Virus record (IMG/VR): IMGVR_UViG_3300017903_001733
Span: 1 to 58,597 of that record
Strand: one strand, 5' to 3'
Origin: a virus
Taxonomy: Duplodnaviria > Caudoviricetes
Length of the DNA: 58,597 nt
Shown here: piece after piece, positions 7,309 to 15,571 of the stretch
Layout of the letters: each line of letters begins with the position of its first letter
Position numbering within the stretch: the first letter of the stretch is position 1
The notes under the pieces: generated by a model
Seen by the model: the letters and a program-made list of their open reading frames with translations, nothing else
Database searches by the model: none
What the model was told of the DNA's origin: nothing
Made by a program: the position numbers and the translations under genes

Positions 7309-7969
7309 TGATTTGTAACCACTCACGAGTCATAGGGGTTGGTTCGTACACTTTCCACATTTCACCTGCAGCACAGGCATCCAGGGCGTCCTGAGTCATT
7401 CCCTCAGTTCTGCCCGCCCATCCCGCTTCTGCCTCCCAGGGGACCGCAGAGGCGTCGTAGGTGCGCTCTGCCATCACACGCCAGATCACTGGCACACTCT
7501 CTTCAGGCATGATGATGGCAATCATACTATTTTTGATGCTGCCTGCCATACAATCTTGGGCAGCGTGCCATCCTTCGTGCCTCATTACACTCATCAATGT
7601 GCTAGGTTCATCCATATGCTTCTTGTTTAGATAGAAGTTGTTGGATACTGTGTGATAGACACCACGATGATTCACTGGAAAATACTTCTCATCAGCAAGA
7701 TATACTTTGATACCAATGCGACGAAGAGTCATCAGCAGAGTGTTAAACTCTAACGATGCGAAAGTGTATCGTTCAGGTCTCGGATATTGCGAAGATACAT
7801 CAAGGAGGGAGAACACTTCTTCCACACCTTCAGTACATTCACGCAATAACATGCACCCCATTGCATCCATGGAGTAGAAACCTTTGGTGATTTTGTCTTC
7901 ATTTGCGAGTGCAACATGTGCTGTGCCCAATGATAGTGCAGTGAGAGCGCCAAGGATAATGTTTTTCAT
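7289..7969 (-). CDS. exported protein with HExxH (zinc metallopeptidase-like) motif
   Basis: N-terminal signal peptide ending in ALA; RHEGWH and a downstream EAEA. Confidence 0.7.
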   Translation of the reverse strand: MKNIILGALTALSLGTAHVALANEDKITKGFYSMDAMGCMLLRECTEGVEEVFSLLDVSSQYPRPERYTFASLEFNTLLMTLRRIGIKVYLADEKYFPVNHRGVYHTVSNNFYLNKKHMDEPSTLMSVMRHEGWHAAQDCMAGSIKNSMIAIIMPEESVPVIWRVMAERTYDASAVPWEAEAGWAGRTEGMTQDALDACAAGEMWKVYEPTPMTREWLQINGYIQD

Positions 7970-8148
7970 TGATTTGCTGCGGAATGGTCTGCGACAATGT
8001 GTGATAGACGACGCTCAAGGTCAACATCACTAATGTTATTTCTGAATGCTAGTGCTTGAGAGTCATGTCGCGATTGACCCCACATACAATCGATGAGAAA
8101 CTGAATCTCACCGATTGTTAAGTTAACACTGACGGAATCAGAATTCAT
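7966..8148 (-). CDS. hypothetical protein
   Basis: ORF 7966..8184; start MNSDSV at 8148 fits the upstream small ORF. Confidence 0.65.
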   Translation of the reverse strand: MNSDSVSVNLTIGEIQFLIDCMWGQSRHDSQALAFRNNISDVDLERRLSHIVADHSAANQ

Positions 8149-8281
8149 CGAGGAGATCTTCTGGGAGGACTTCATAGATTTCATTCGAGGGCATGTAATA
8201 CTCTGCCATATGTAGAGTCTTCATACGCTCAGTATACTCCAGGATCTCGTCGTAGTCAACGTTCAGGACAGAGTTGTTCAT
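8138..8281 (-). CDS. small hypothetical protein (47 aa)
   Basis: MNNSVLNVDYDEILEYTERMKTLH...; ATGA-coupled to the methyltransferase stop. Confidence 0.6.
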   Translation of the reverse strand: MNNSVLNVDYDEILEYTERMKTLHMAEYYMPSNEIYEVLPEDLLDEF

Positions 8282-9171
8282 CGTTTGATAATAAGGATTT
8301 CGTGTGATTCTTTGGTGTTGTCGGTTTGATTGGCAATACGATTCTCACCGATGCGAGTCTCACCTAGTTGGTAAGAGTAGTGCCACTCAGGATAGTGTAA
8401 CTCAAAGTCGCTGTACCACTCACGGATTGTTTCACAATTGTTATATGAGAGAATGAACGTACCCTTGTGTGAGTGGAGCAGGTCTCTCAGTTTAGCATGA
8501 TCAAACCCAGTATGGTGGACATCGATGTTACAGTTTGGATACATGCCCTTGAGCATCTTGTTATCCTTATCTTTCTTGAGATAATAAGGAGGATCAAGAT
8601 ACAAACATGTGTCACGATCACTATATGCAGGAAGAACATCTTCAAAAGACTCTTCATACACATGAAGACCAGGATTACGATAGTTTCTGATCTTCTTGAT
8701 CATGTTGTTCCACTTCTTCTGATCTTGGTAGATCTTACTCATCCATCCCAGGTACATAGGACCATAGGACAGATTGTGGTTGAAGTAATAGTATGCTGCT
8801 GCAGTCAGATTGTCAAGAGCAATAGGATCGCGCTTGTAGTAATCTGTCTGCCAATCTTTGAGCATCTCCTGAGTATAATCCCAGCAAACTAGTTGCTCTT
8901 TGATCTCAGCATACTTCTCCTTAGTTGGTTCTAACTCTTGGAGTTTATCTGCTAGCGCATCTGGTTGCTCTAGCAGCACGTTCCAGAAGTTTGTAAGAGC
9001 ATGGAAAATGTCGAAACCAATAACATCGACACCCAATTCTCCTGCCCAACGTGACTCTAGCGATCCACCACCGATGAATGGTGACACAATACGATCTGTC
9101 TTAGGCAGATGGTGTGTGATGATCTTATATGCTTTACTTTTACCGCCAGCATAGCGAATAGGTGTCTTCAT
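8278..9171 (-). CDS. D12-class (Dam-family) N6-adenine DNA methyltransferase
   Basis: PIRYAGGKS, PFIGGGS (SAM binding), YLDPPY (catalytic), FILSYN and terminal EILI; ATG at 9171 overlaps the upstream stop. Confidence 0.93.
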   Translation of the reverse strand: MKTPIRYAGGKSKAYKIITHHLPKTDRIVSPFIGGGSLESRWAGELGVDVIGFDIFHALTNFWNVLLEQPDALADKLQELEPTKEKYAEIKEQLVCWDYTQEMLKDWQTDYYKRDPIALDNLTAAAYYYFNHNLSYGPMYLGWMSKIYQDQKKWNNMIKKIRNYRNPGLHVYEESFEDVLPAYSDRDTCLYLDPPYYLKKDKDNKMLKGMYPNCNIDVHHTGFDHAKLRDLLHSHKGTFILSYNNCETIREWYSDFELHYPEWHYSYQLGETRIGENRIANQTDNTKESHEILIIKR

Positions 9172-9701
9172 TAGTTCTTGATAAGTTCCAGTCTTCCTTC
9201 TTGAATGTATTGAGGCCATGCTTTGTTTGCCTCTTTGAAGTTCCACTCGGGGAACTTCTCCTCAATCATAACATAGTCATTGAGGCATTTGCGCTCCATC
9301 TCCTTGAATGCACTGATCTTTTGTGTTTCTTTATTGAACAGACCAGTAACCTGTGCCTCAACCTGCTCGGACTGGATCAGATACACTTCAACTTTCTTAC
9401 CAAGATTGAGTTGCTCTTGAATAAGAACATTGATTCCGTAAGTACGATCAGATGGACGACCAGAGTTGCCGCTACAATATGAACTCCAGGTGCCACGAAT
9501 GCCTCCACCTGCTTGACTACCACCGATCTTGTATACAATGTCATCAACAGCGATAATGTACACACGACCAGCAGGATCTTTGAGCACTGACTTAGGAACA
9601 CTGCTATCCCACAGCATCTTGAGTGACACTTTAGTCGTAGGATCAGTGTTGAGTACAACCTCAGCAACCCTTGTAGCAGTGCCGATGTGAGAAGCGTTCA
9701 T
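9171..9701 (-). CDS. GIY-YIG family endonuclease, restriction-enzyme-like (Hpy188I-type)
   Basis: GRVYII-N6-YKIGG, downstream Arg, C-terminal E...PEWN; 176 aa with no extra DNA-binding domain; adjacent to an MTase. Confidence 0.7.
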   Translation of the reverse strand: MNASHIGTATRVAEVVLNTDPTTKVSLKMLWDSSVPKSVLKDPAGRVYIIAVDDIVYKIGGSQAGGGIRGTWSSYCSGNSGRPSDRTYGINVLIQEQLNLGKKVEVYLIQSEQVEAQVTGLFNKETQKISAFKEMERKCLNDYVMIEEKFPEWNFKEANKAWPQYIQEGRLELIKN

Positions 9702-9722
9702 GATGTGCGTTTCAATACAAGT

Positions 9723-9780
9723 AGTATGGCATGAAAAAAGGGGTCTGTCAAGACCCCCAACCAGTTCATCAAGTGTCCCC
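9723..9780 (-). promoter_or_regulatory. sigma70 promoter plus palindromic element
   Basis: TTGACA(9746-9751)-N17-CATACT(9723-9728); element CCAGTTCATCAAGTGTCC at 9761-9778. Confidence 0.8.
9734..9757 (-). terminator. intrinsic terminator overlapping the -35 box
   Basis: GGGGTCT-TGAC-AGACCCC followed by TTTTTT on the minus strand. Confidence 0.75.
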
Positions 9781-9927
9781 AAAGATCGGGATGATGTCAG
9801 TTTTTACATGTAATGTTTTATTGATGTGTTGCTCCCATTGACTGGCGTCGTCTAAATTGTAGAAGACTGCTTCTTGGCGACTCTTCTTGTTTTTCTTCTG
9901 TTTCATGTAGACAACAGCGTATTTCAT
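9769..9927 (-). CDS. small basic hypothetical protein
   Basis: MKYAVVYMKQKKNKKSRQEAVFY...; overlaps the next ORF by 110 nt. Confidence 0.55.
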   Translation of the reverse strand: MKYAVVYMKQKKNKKSRQEAVFYNLDDASQWEQHINKTLHVKTDIIPIFGDT

Positions 9928-10099
9928 GTTGATACTCAGGATAGACAATGAGGTTAGCATAGTGACGACCCCACCGCGAGTTTACGGATTCAGGTAGAGG
10001 AACGTCCTTAAAGCAAATACAAATGTAGTATTCACTTACGAATGAGATATAACCACGAGTGCCGTGGTATTCTACTGGTTGGAGTAATTCAAACGTCAT
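9818..10099 (-). CDS. hypothetical protein
   Basis: ORF 9818..10120; ATG MTFELLQ at 10099. Confidence 0.6.
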   Translation of the reverse strand: MTFELLQPVEYHGTRGYISFVSEYYICICFKDVPLPESVNSRWGRHYANLIVYPEYQHEIRCCLHETEEKQEESPRSSLLQFRRRQSMGATHQ

Positions 10100-10262
10100 A
10101 CTCTCTGTTTTGCATATCACTCATTTGCTGATGCAGTTCAGCAATATAATCAGACAAGGAATTTACCTTGCTTTCAAGATCACAATTACGATCTTGAAGA
10201 TGCTTGACGAGATCTTTAACCTCTTCGGTTAAAGCGTCAGCGGCGTCTTGTGAGTGTGCCAT
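10089..10262 (-). CDS. small coiled-coil protein (57 aa)
   Basis: MAHSQDAADALTEEVKDLVKHLQDRNCDLESKVNSLSDYIAELH...; heptad pattern. Confidence 0.65.
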   Translation of the reverse strand: MAHSQDAADALTEEVKDLVKHLQDRNCDLESKVNSLSDYIAELHQQMSDMQNREYDV

Positions 10263-10270
10263 CTGGATAA

Positions 10271-10522
10271 TTAGAATGCAGTTCTATCTAGTTGATCTAG
10301 AGTTTCCATTGCTTCGTCAGCAGTAGATTGTAACGCACTCTGTGTGAGATCAATAACAGGTGCGCCACCATTTCCGAAACCATCACCTCTCGTCATGTCA
10401 CGTTTGATCTTGTAAAGATCACGTAAACGACGCTTGAGGCGTCTCAACTCATCATCATTATACAAATGCTCTGACTTTAGAGCAGTTTTTACATAATTAA
10501 TTTCTTTTTGAGGTGACCACAT
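10271..10522 (-). CDS. hypothetical protein
   Basis: ATG MWSPQKE at 10522, right after the upstream stop. Confidence 0.7.
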   Translation of the reverse strand: MWSPQKEINYVKTALKSEHLYNDDELRRLKRRLRDLYKIKRDMTRGDGFGNGGAPVIDLTQSALQSTADEAMETLDQLDRTAF

Positions 10523-10523
10523 A

Positions 10524-10844
10524 TTAGTAACGATCGGGGATATCAGTGTGCTTGGTTTCACATGCTTTCTTTTCAACTAGAAACTCTTGACGACCAAGAT
10601 CAGGATCGATATCCTTAATGCATTGTTGCATCGACATGGGGTCCATGAGACGCTTACCATGCATCAAAGACTTAAGATCTTGTGCTTTCTCCATGTGACT
10701 TTTGTGGTAGTCAATCCACTCATCAATGACAGATAGCATTTCTTCATAACAACGACGTGCATCAACTTCTTCATCGTTGAGATAATCAGCAATTGCGTCA
10801 TCCAATCGGAGTCTGCGTTGATGTGAATAGGATGGTAGTTCCAT
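10524..10844 (-). CDS. hypothetical protein
   Basis: 106-aa ORF downstream of a sigma70 promoter. Confidence 0.75.
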   Translation of the reverse strand: MELPSYSHQRRLRLDDAIADYLNDEEVDARRCYEEMLSVIDEWIDYHKSHMEKAQDLKSLMHGKRLMDPMSMQQCIKDIDPDLGRQEFLVEKKACETKHTDIPDRY

Positions 10845-10888
10845 GAGAGTCCGTGAGAGGGGTCTAGAAGGCGCTGTAACCGCCCTCT

Positions 10889-10917
10889 AGTATATATCAG
10901 GTAGTCTGGATTGTCAA
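10889..10917 (-). promoter_or_regulatory. sigma70-type promoter
   Basis: TTGACA-N17-TATACT. Confidence 0.85.
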
Positions 10918-12155
10918 GCAACCACAGAGGTGGCAGGGAGACCTTCTACGAAGATGGTGTCCACGATGCGCTGAAGACGCTTGATAGTCTGAGCACCATA
11001 GTTCTTGAACACAGGTACTGTAACATAACCAGTGGACTTGCGGTAGAGACCAACATCACCCGCAGGGATCTTACCAGAAGCAATGTCAGCAGCGTCATCA
11101 CGATGCATACGAATCACGCGACCGATAGTCTGTGCCATCTCGATGATGTCAAGATTGCGGAGCATGATAGTATGGGTCAGACCATGCACGTTGATACCTT
11201 CAGACAGAATGCTGTAGTGGAAGATGATGAACTTCTTAGAAGGATCTTTACCATAAGCATCGAAGGTCTTGAAGAACTGCTCACGATTGACCTTCTGGTC
11301 ATTCACATAAGCACCATACTTGCTGGTGATGTGGAGCACTTCATAACCACGCTGCTTCAGGTCATGCAGGATACTGGTCTTGAACAGCATAGCACCCATG
11401 ATCTTGCTAGCAGGAGACGCCACAAGGACCTTGGATGCCTTGTCAGCAGGTAGAGAGTCTACGATGTCCAGCAGCATGACACGATCGTTCACGGCAGCAG
11501 CAGCACCCTTCTCACGCACAAGGTCACGCTCGTAAGGTTGGATGGTGACGGGCAAGATGCTACCACCAGCGATCAGTTCAGGTGCTGGCACATTGCAGAG
11601 CACAGAACCATAGATCTCGCTATTGTTCATGCCACGATTGGTCTTGCGAGTGTGCTTAGGTGTGGCAGTGAAGAAATAAGATGCCTTGCTGCTCAGACTG
11701 GCAGCAGCGACACCAACAAAATGATGACGCTGCACAGCATTATGCGCTTCATCAAAGTAACAGCAATCGAGGTCGATACCAGCATCGATGATACGAGGCA
11801 GGGAATGATAAGTGGTGAAGATGATCACATGCTCACGAACATGATGACACATGCGGACGAACAAATTGATACGATCAGACTTAGTAGTGCTGAAGTGTGT
11901 TGTCTCGCCGCTGTGAACATGCAGGACGTTAGCATTGGTGATATGCTCAAGGTATTCCGCACTGAGTTGCGTGGCAAGCATGATGCGAGGCGCAACAACA
12001 ACGATTGTTTGCGGAGACTCTGCGGATTCGAGTCGTCGCACGGCATCCTTGATAGCAACCAGCGTCTTGCCACCACCAGTGGGCACCAAGATCTGACCCT
12101 TGTCAGCAGTCAGCATAGCATCGAGAGCACGCTGCTGGTGGGGACGGAGTTGCAT
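10914..12155 (-). CDS. superfamily 2 DEAH helicase (ResIII-like)
   Basis: LRPHQ Q-motif, PTGGGKT, DEAH, TAT, EGIN and QTIGRVIR. Confidence 0.92.
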   Translation of the reverse strand: MQLRPHQQRALDAMLTADKGQILVPTGGGKTLVAIKDAVRRLESAESPQTIVVVAPRIMLATQLSAEYLEHITNANVLHVHSGETTHFSTTKSDRINLFVRMCHHVREHVIIFTTYHSLPRIIDAGIDLDCCYFDEAHNAVQRHHFVGVAAASLSSKASYFFTATPKHTRKTNRGMNNSEIYGSVLCNVPAPELIAGGSILPVTIQPYERDLVREKGAAAAVNDRVMLLDIVDSLPADKASKVLVASPASKIMGAMLFKTSILHDLKQRGYEVLHITSKYGAYVNDQKVNREQFFKTFDAYGKDPSKKFIIFHYSILSEGINVHGLTHTIMLRNLDIIEMAQTIGRVIRMHRDDAADIASGKIPAGDVGLYRKSTGYVTVPVFKNYGAQTIKRLQRIVDTIFVEGLPATSVVA

Positions 12156-12183
12156 AGTGTAGGTCTGTCGCGTTGATGCATAT

Positions 12184-12237
12184 AGTATAAAGCATCAGAC
12201 CGCGCTGGTCAAGAGTGTGTGACAGTTCCAGGACTGG
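12184..12237 (-). promoter_or_regulatory. early promoter with palindromic element
   Basis: TTGACC-N17-TATACT; GTGTGACAGTTCCAGGACTGG 12217-12237. Confidence 0.8.
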
Positions 12238-13113
12238 TCAGGGTCTTGCTACTTTGAATTCACATACTTCTCTCTTATACACATATACATCAACAAGATT
12301 CTTATCGTCGTCAAATATAAATGAGAAGTCAATTTGTTGATCTTCATGATCAATTAGTGAGCGAATCCACTCTGCGTCATCAGCAGTAATCATTTGATAT
12401 ACATCAGTAACAACATCAATCCATCTATTTCTAGTTTCTGTAGTTGATGGTGTTCTCTTCTTCCAATCAAATGATGTCATTTTCTCTGTTCCTGTGAGTG
12501 CAGGAAATACATAAGCACGACTAGAATATGGACACCATGGTCTAATGATTACACCATTTTGACCTTTCCTGTGAAAGAATTCTACATCTCTACTAGCATC
12601 TTTCTTCAACTTATCAATAAATTGTCCTAATTCAGTGTCAATCCACCTAGGATCAAGATCTTTTGCGGTAGTCGTTACACCAGTAGTAGTTCCATTTCCA
12701 TCAATAGTCACACTCCAAATCTTTGACTGAGTGGGAACATCGACATCATGAAGGTCAACAAATTTTTCTTTAATATCATCATTGATATCTAATACTGCTA
12801 CAGCATTCAACATTTCATTAGCATATGTTAATGCTGCTAGTTCAATATCTACTGTTACTTCAATTTCTTTGATTGTATCTGCATACCAAATATCAATATA
12901 CTTCACTTGTCCTTTAGAAGTTTGTCTATAAGGACTAACATAATCAAATGTCAAGATATCTTGCACCTTTTGCTTTGCTTCAGGAGTAAAGATGTCAGGA
13001 TATCTATCATCCATAGCACAAGTACATGCCGCCCAAATTTTAGAGTGAACAAATTCCTGTTCTCTCGTACTAAGACGATATACTTTTGAGACGTTGTATT
13101 CTTGTGTGAACAT
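12238..13113 (-). CDS. hypothetical protein
   Basis: 291-aa ORF at the end of the tail-fibre gene run. Confidence 0.8.
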   Translation of the reverse strand: MFTQEYNVSKVYRLSTREQEFVHSKIWAACTCAMDDRYPDIFTPEAKQKVQDILTFDYVSPYRQTSKGQVKYIDIWYADTIKEIEVTVDIELAALTYANEMLNAVAVLDINDDIKEKFVDLHDVDVPTQSKIWSVTIDGNGTTTGVTTTAKDLDPRWIDTELGQFIDKLKKDASRDVEFFHRKGQNGVIIRPWCPYSSRAYVFPALTGTEKMTSFDWKKRTPSTTETRNRWIDVVTDVYQMITADDAEWIRSLIDHEDQQIDFSFIFDDDKNLVDVYVYKREVCEFKVARP

Positions 13114-13466
13114 TATTCGTTGTCTGTTAGTAATTGTCCATTAGGACCATAGACTGCATAGAAAATATAGTCTTCTGGTCTAGCACAAGATGCCTGAGAT
13201 TCTGGAAATGCATCTTCACAGTACTCAATTGCTTCATCTACATTATCACATATGATGAAAGTATACTCAGACTGATCTAATGCTGTCCAAATATCAAGAG
13301 ATACGCGAGTTTTGTACAACTCTCTAGATGCATTAATAGCATCAACATCAGTGCTGCTATTCCATCCAGTTGAACGCAAGAAAATGATAGTTTTTTCCTG
13401 ACGCTGTGCAGACTCACCAATGAAGTCTTGCAAGTAATCAATAGTGTAATTTGCGTGTAGCTCCAT
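13113..13466 (-). CDS. hypothetical protein
   Basis: 117-aa ORF with TAATG coupling. Confidence 0.8.
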   Translation of the reverse strand: MELHANYTIDYLQDFIGESAQRQEKTIIFLRSTGWNSSTDVDAINASRELYKTRVSLDIWTALDQSEYTFIICDNVDEAIEYCEDAFPESQASCARPEDYIFYAVYGPNGQLLTDNE

Positions 13467-13953
13467 TTAACTTCCAGGCGATTGTAACTCTTAGAGAATT
13501 GAACACTCTTGAAACTTCTTCTGCGTAATGTGTTCTCATACCAGGAAAGAACACTGCTTTGTTAGGAGCAGGTTCAACATATGTCCAGGAATTATCTTTA
13601 TTTGCAAAAGCAGTTTTTCCTCCCCAGAGATGATTCCATTCTTCATTAGCGTAGAGCAAAAATGTTCTACAATCATCATAGTAAGCATCTACATGAGGCA
13701 TTGCTTTATCACCAAATACATGTCCATTTGCATAGACATCTACTAGTTCTAAATCAGGTTCATTCACTACATCTCTAATGATATTTAGTAAATAATCAGT
13801 AAAAAACTCATCATCCTTCAAGCTCATCACCCAGAAAGGCAATACATTATCTTCATTTTTAGATCCGTGACCATATTGCCACTTTGCTTGCTGCGATTTA
13901 TGAATTATTTCACCAAAATCAAATTGACTGAATACGTTATCATATATTTCCAT
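13438..13953 (-). CDS. 2OG-Fe(II) oxygenase
   Basis: PHVD, WGGKT, PAPNKAVFFPG..H, RVTIAWK. Confidence 0.88.
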   Translation of the reverse strand: MEIYDNVFSQFDFGEIIHKSQQAKWQYGHGSKNEDNVLPFWVMSLKDDEFFTDYLLNIIRDVVNEPDLELVDVYANGHVFGDKAMPHVDAYYDDCRTFLLYANEEWNHLWGGKTAFANKDNSWTYVEPAPNKAVFFPGMRTHYAEEVSRVFNSLRVTIAWKLNGATRKLHY

Positions 13954-14623
13954 ATTCTCTTAGAAAATTTACTCTAATTTGTTCAAATGGTAGAACTGCT
14001 AGTTTAGATTCGTCATCAGTTCCAGGATATGTTTTGGATGCATTGATTACTGCCTTAGATAAGTCAATTAACTGATACCTCATAAATGTATCTTCAACAG
14101 CACTTGCTGCCCACATTAATGCAACTCGTCTCTTTCCAGAAATAACAGGGTTAATATGATGTTTTAAACCTGTTGGGTAGATTAATATTGTTCCTGCTGG
14201 TGGTTTGAAAGAATATTCTGTGTCACCAACGATAAGAACTAATTCTCCTCCTTCATATTCATCAGGTTCATTGAGAAATAATGTCATACTATGATGAGTT
14301 TTAATTCCACCAATAGTAAGATCATCAACATGTGGTTTATAAAATCCACCTTCACGATACTCAGTGAAGATAGGAACTGTCATCTCTTTCAACACATAGC
14401 ATGATGAAAAATCCGCAACTCCATGAAATGCTGTTTGAACTATATCAATACATTTACGATATTGTGATGACGTTTGTGCCATCACATAGTTATCTTTCGC
14501 CTCTTTATTAACAGCATTTTTATTATCTGATTGAACTATTCCATCTTTAAATGGAGCAGAATCAAAATGATGATTAATCTTACTTAATTGTTCAGCAGTA
14601 AGAAGTTCACTATCATAAATCAT
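13940..14623 (-). CDS. PKHD-type Fe(II)/2OG hydroxylase (YbiX/PiuC-like)
   Basis: YKPHVD, SMTLFLNEPDEYEGGEL, IYPT..HH.NPV.SG.R. Confidence 0.9.
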   Translation of the reverse strand: MIYDSELLTAEQLSKINHHFDSAPFKDGIVQSDNKNAVNKEAKDNYVMAQTSSQYRKCIDIVQTAFHGVADFSSCYVLKEMTVPIFTEYREGGFYKPHVDDLTIGGIKTHHSMTLFLNEPDEYEGGELVLIVGDTEYSFKPPAGTILIYPTGLKHHINPVISGKRRVALMWAASAVEDTFMRYQLIDLSKAVINASKTYPGTDDESKLAVLPFEQIRVNFLREYGNI

Positions 14624-14624
14624 A

Positions 14625-15566
14625 TCATTCCTCGTCAGTATCTGTAAATAGTTCGGTATCGAATCCTGGGAAAACTTCTTCGACTCTCATAGCTCTAATA
14701 ATTTCTAAAGTTCTAGTTCTAACATGACGTTTAGAAACCGCACGTTGCTTAGCAAAAATTAGTCTATTAATAATTCTTGCATTTAAGTAGTCAGAAGATG
14801 CATCGTCATCATAACTCACCCACTGATTAGAATCATTGGGATCCATAAATGCAGGAGCAGGTGTTACACCATCTTCAAGCATATCATTAGGATACAACTT
14901 TCTATAGTTTTTAGGGTCAATTGGAAATGTATCTGCATACATTGTTCTCATAAAATCTAAAGGTGTATCAAAAGTATCTGGATTTGGAATATCAATAGAT
15001 CTAATCTTTGCCCTCCAATCAAGCCAACGTTGCTTTTCTCCTTCATAATTTTCAGGAACATCAGGAAGAACATGCCAATCAGATTCTGATAGCATAACTC
15101 TCTTCTCTCTCTTTCTCTTTAACCACTTTGCTTCAAATAATTGATGTTCTTCTTCTAGAGAGTCTAATTTCTTTTTCTGAAGTAGTTGCTTTTGAACTAC
15201 TTGAACCATAAAAGTAGCAATGCCTAACTCATAGACTTCTCTAGCTTGCTCTGCAGTTCCACCCTTAAACTTATACTCATTCCAATACAAAGATTCAGAA
15301 GCAAAATCATACTTCTGTCTATTTCTTTGAGCAAACCATGTGCCATCATTAAAATAGCAAAATAATTGAAGTTGATCTTCTTCTGTATGCCAGAAAGAAT
15401 CAAGTTGTTCAAAGAATTTTGCTTTTAACTCTTCATCAAATTCAATATTTTTCAGACTATATCTGTTTTCAATGCCAGTCTGATCTTCTGGTGCCATTAC
15501 AGCAACATTATTAACAAGATCCATCTGGAGGATGGGTTTACGTGTAATAATCGTATTTGTGGTCAT
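14625..15566 (-). CDS. tail-fibre assembly chaperone-like protein
   Basis: internal KRVMLSESDWHVLPDVP...WLDWRAKIR resembles tail fibre assembly chaperone motifs; location in fibre cluster. Confidence 0.6.
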   Translation of the reverse strand: MTTNTIITRKPILQMDLVNNVAVMAPEDQTGIENRYSLKNIEFDEELKAKFFEQLDSFWHTEEDQLQLFCYFNDGTWFAQRNRQKYDFASESLYWNEYKFKGGTAEQAREVYELGIATFMVQVVQKQLLQKKKLDSLEEEHQLFEAKWLKRKREKRVMLSESDWHVLPDVPENYEGEKQRWLDWRAKIRSIDIPNPDTFDTPLDFMRTMYADTFPIDPKNYRKLYPNDMLEDGVTPAPAFMDPNDSNQWVSYDDDASSDYLNARIINRLIFAKQRAVSKRHVRTRTLEIIRAMRVEEVFPGFDTELFTDTDEE

Positions 15567-15571
15567 GTTAG

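Noticed and set aside
9171-9701. GIY-YIG gene as a homing endonuclease or intron ORF
   Set aside because: No C-terminal DNA-binding extension, no interrupted host gene, and coupling to an MTase; disfavoured but not excluded
149-12237. Recurrent palindromic element as a CRISPR array
   Set aside because: Copies are degenerate, hundreds to thousands of bases apart and tied to promoters; no cas genes
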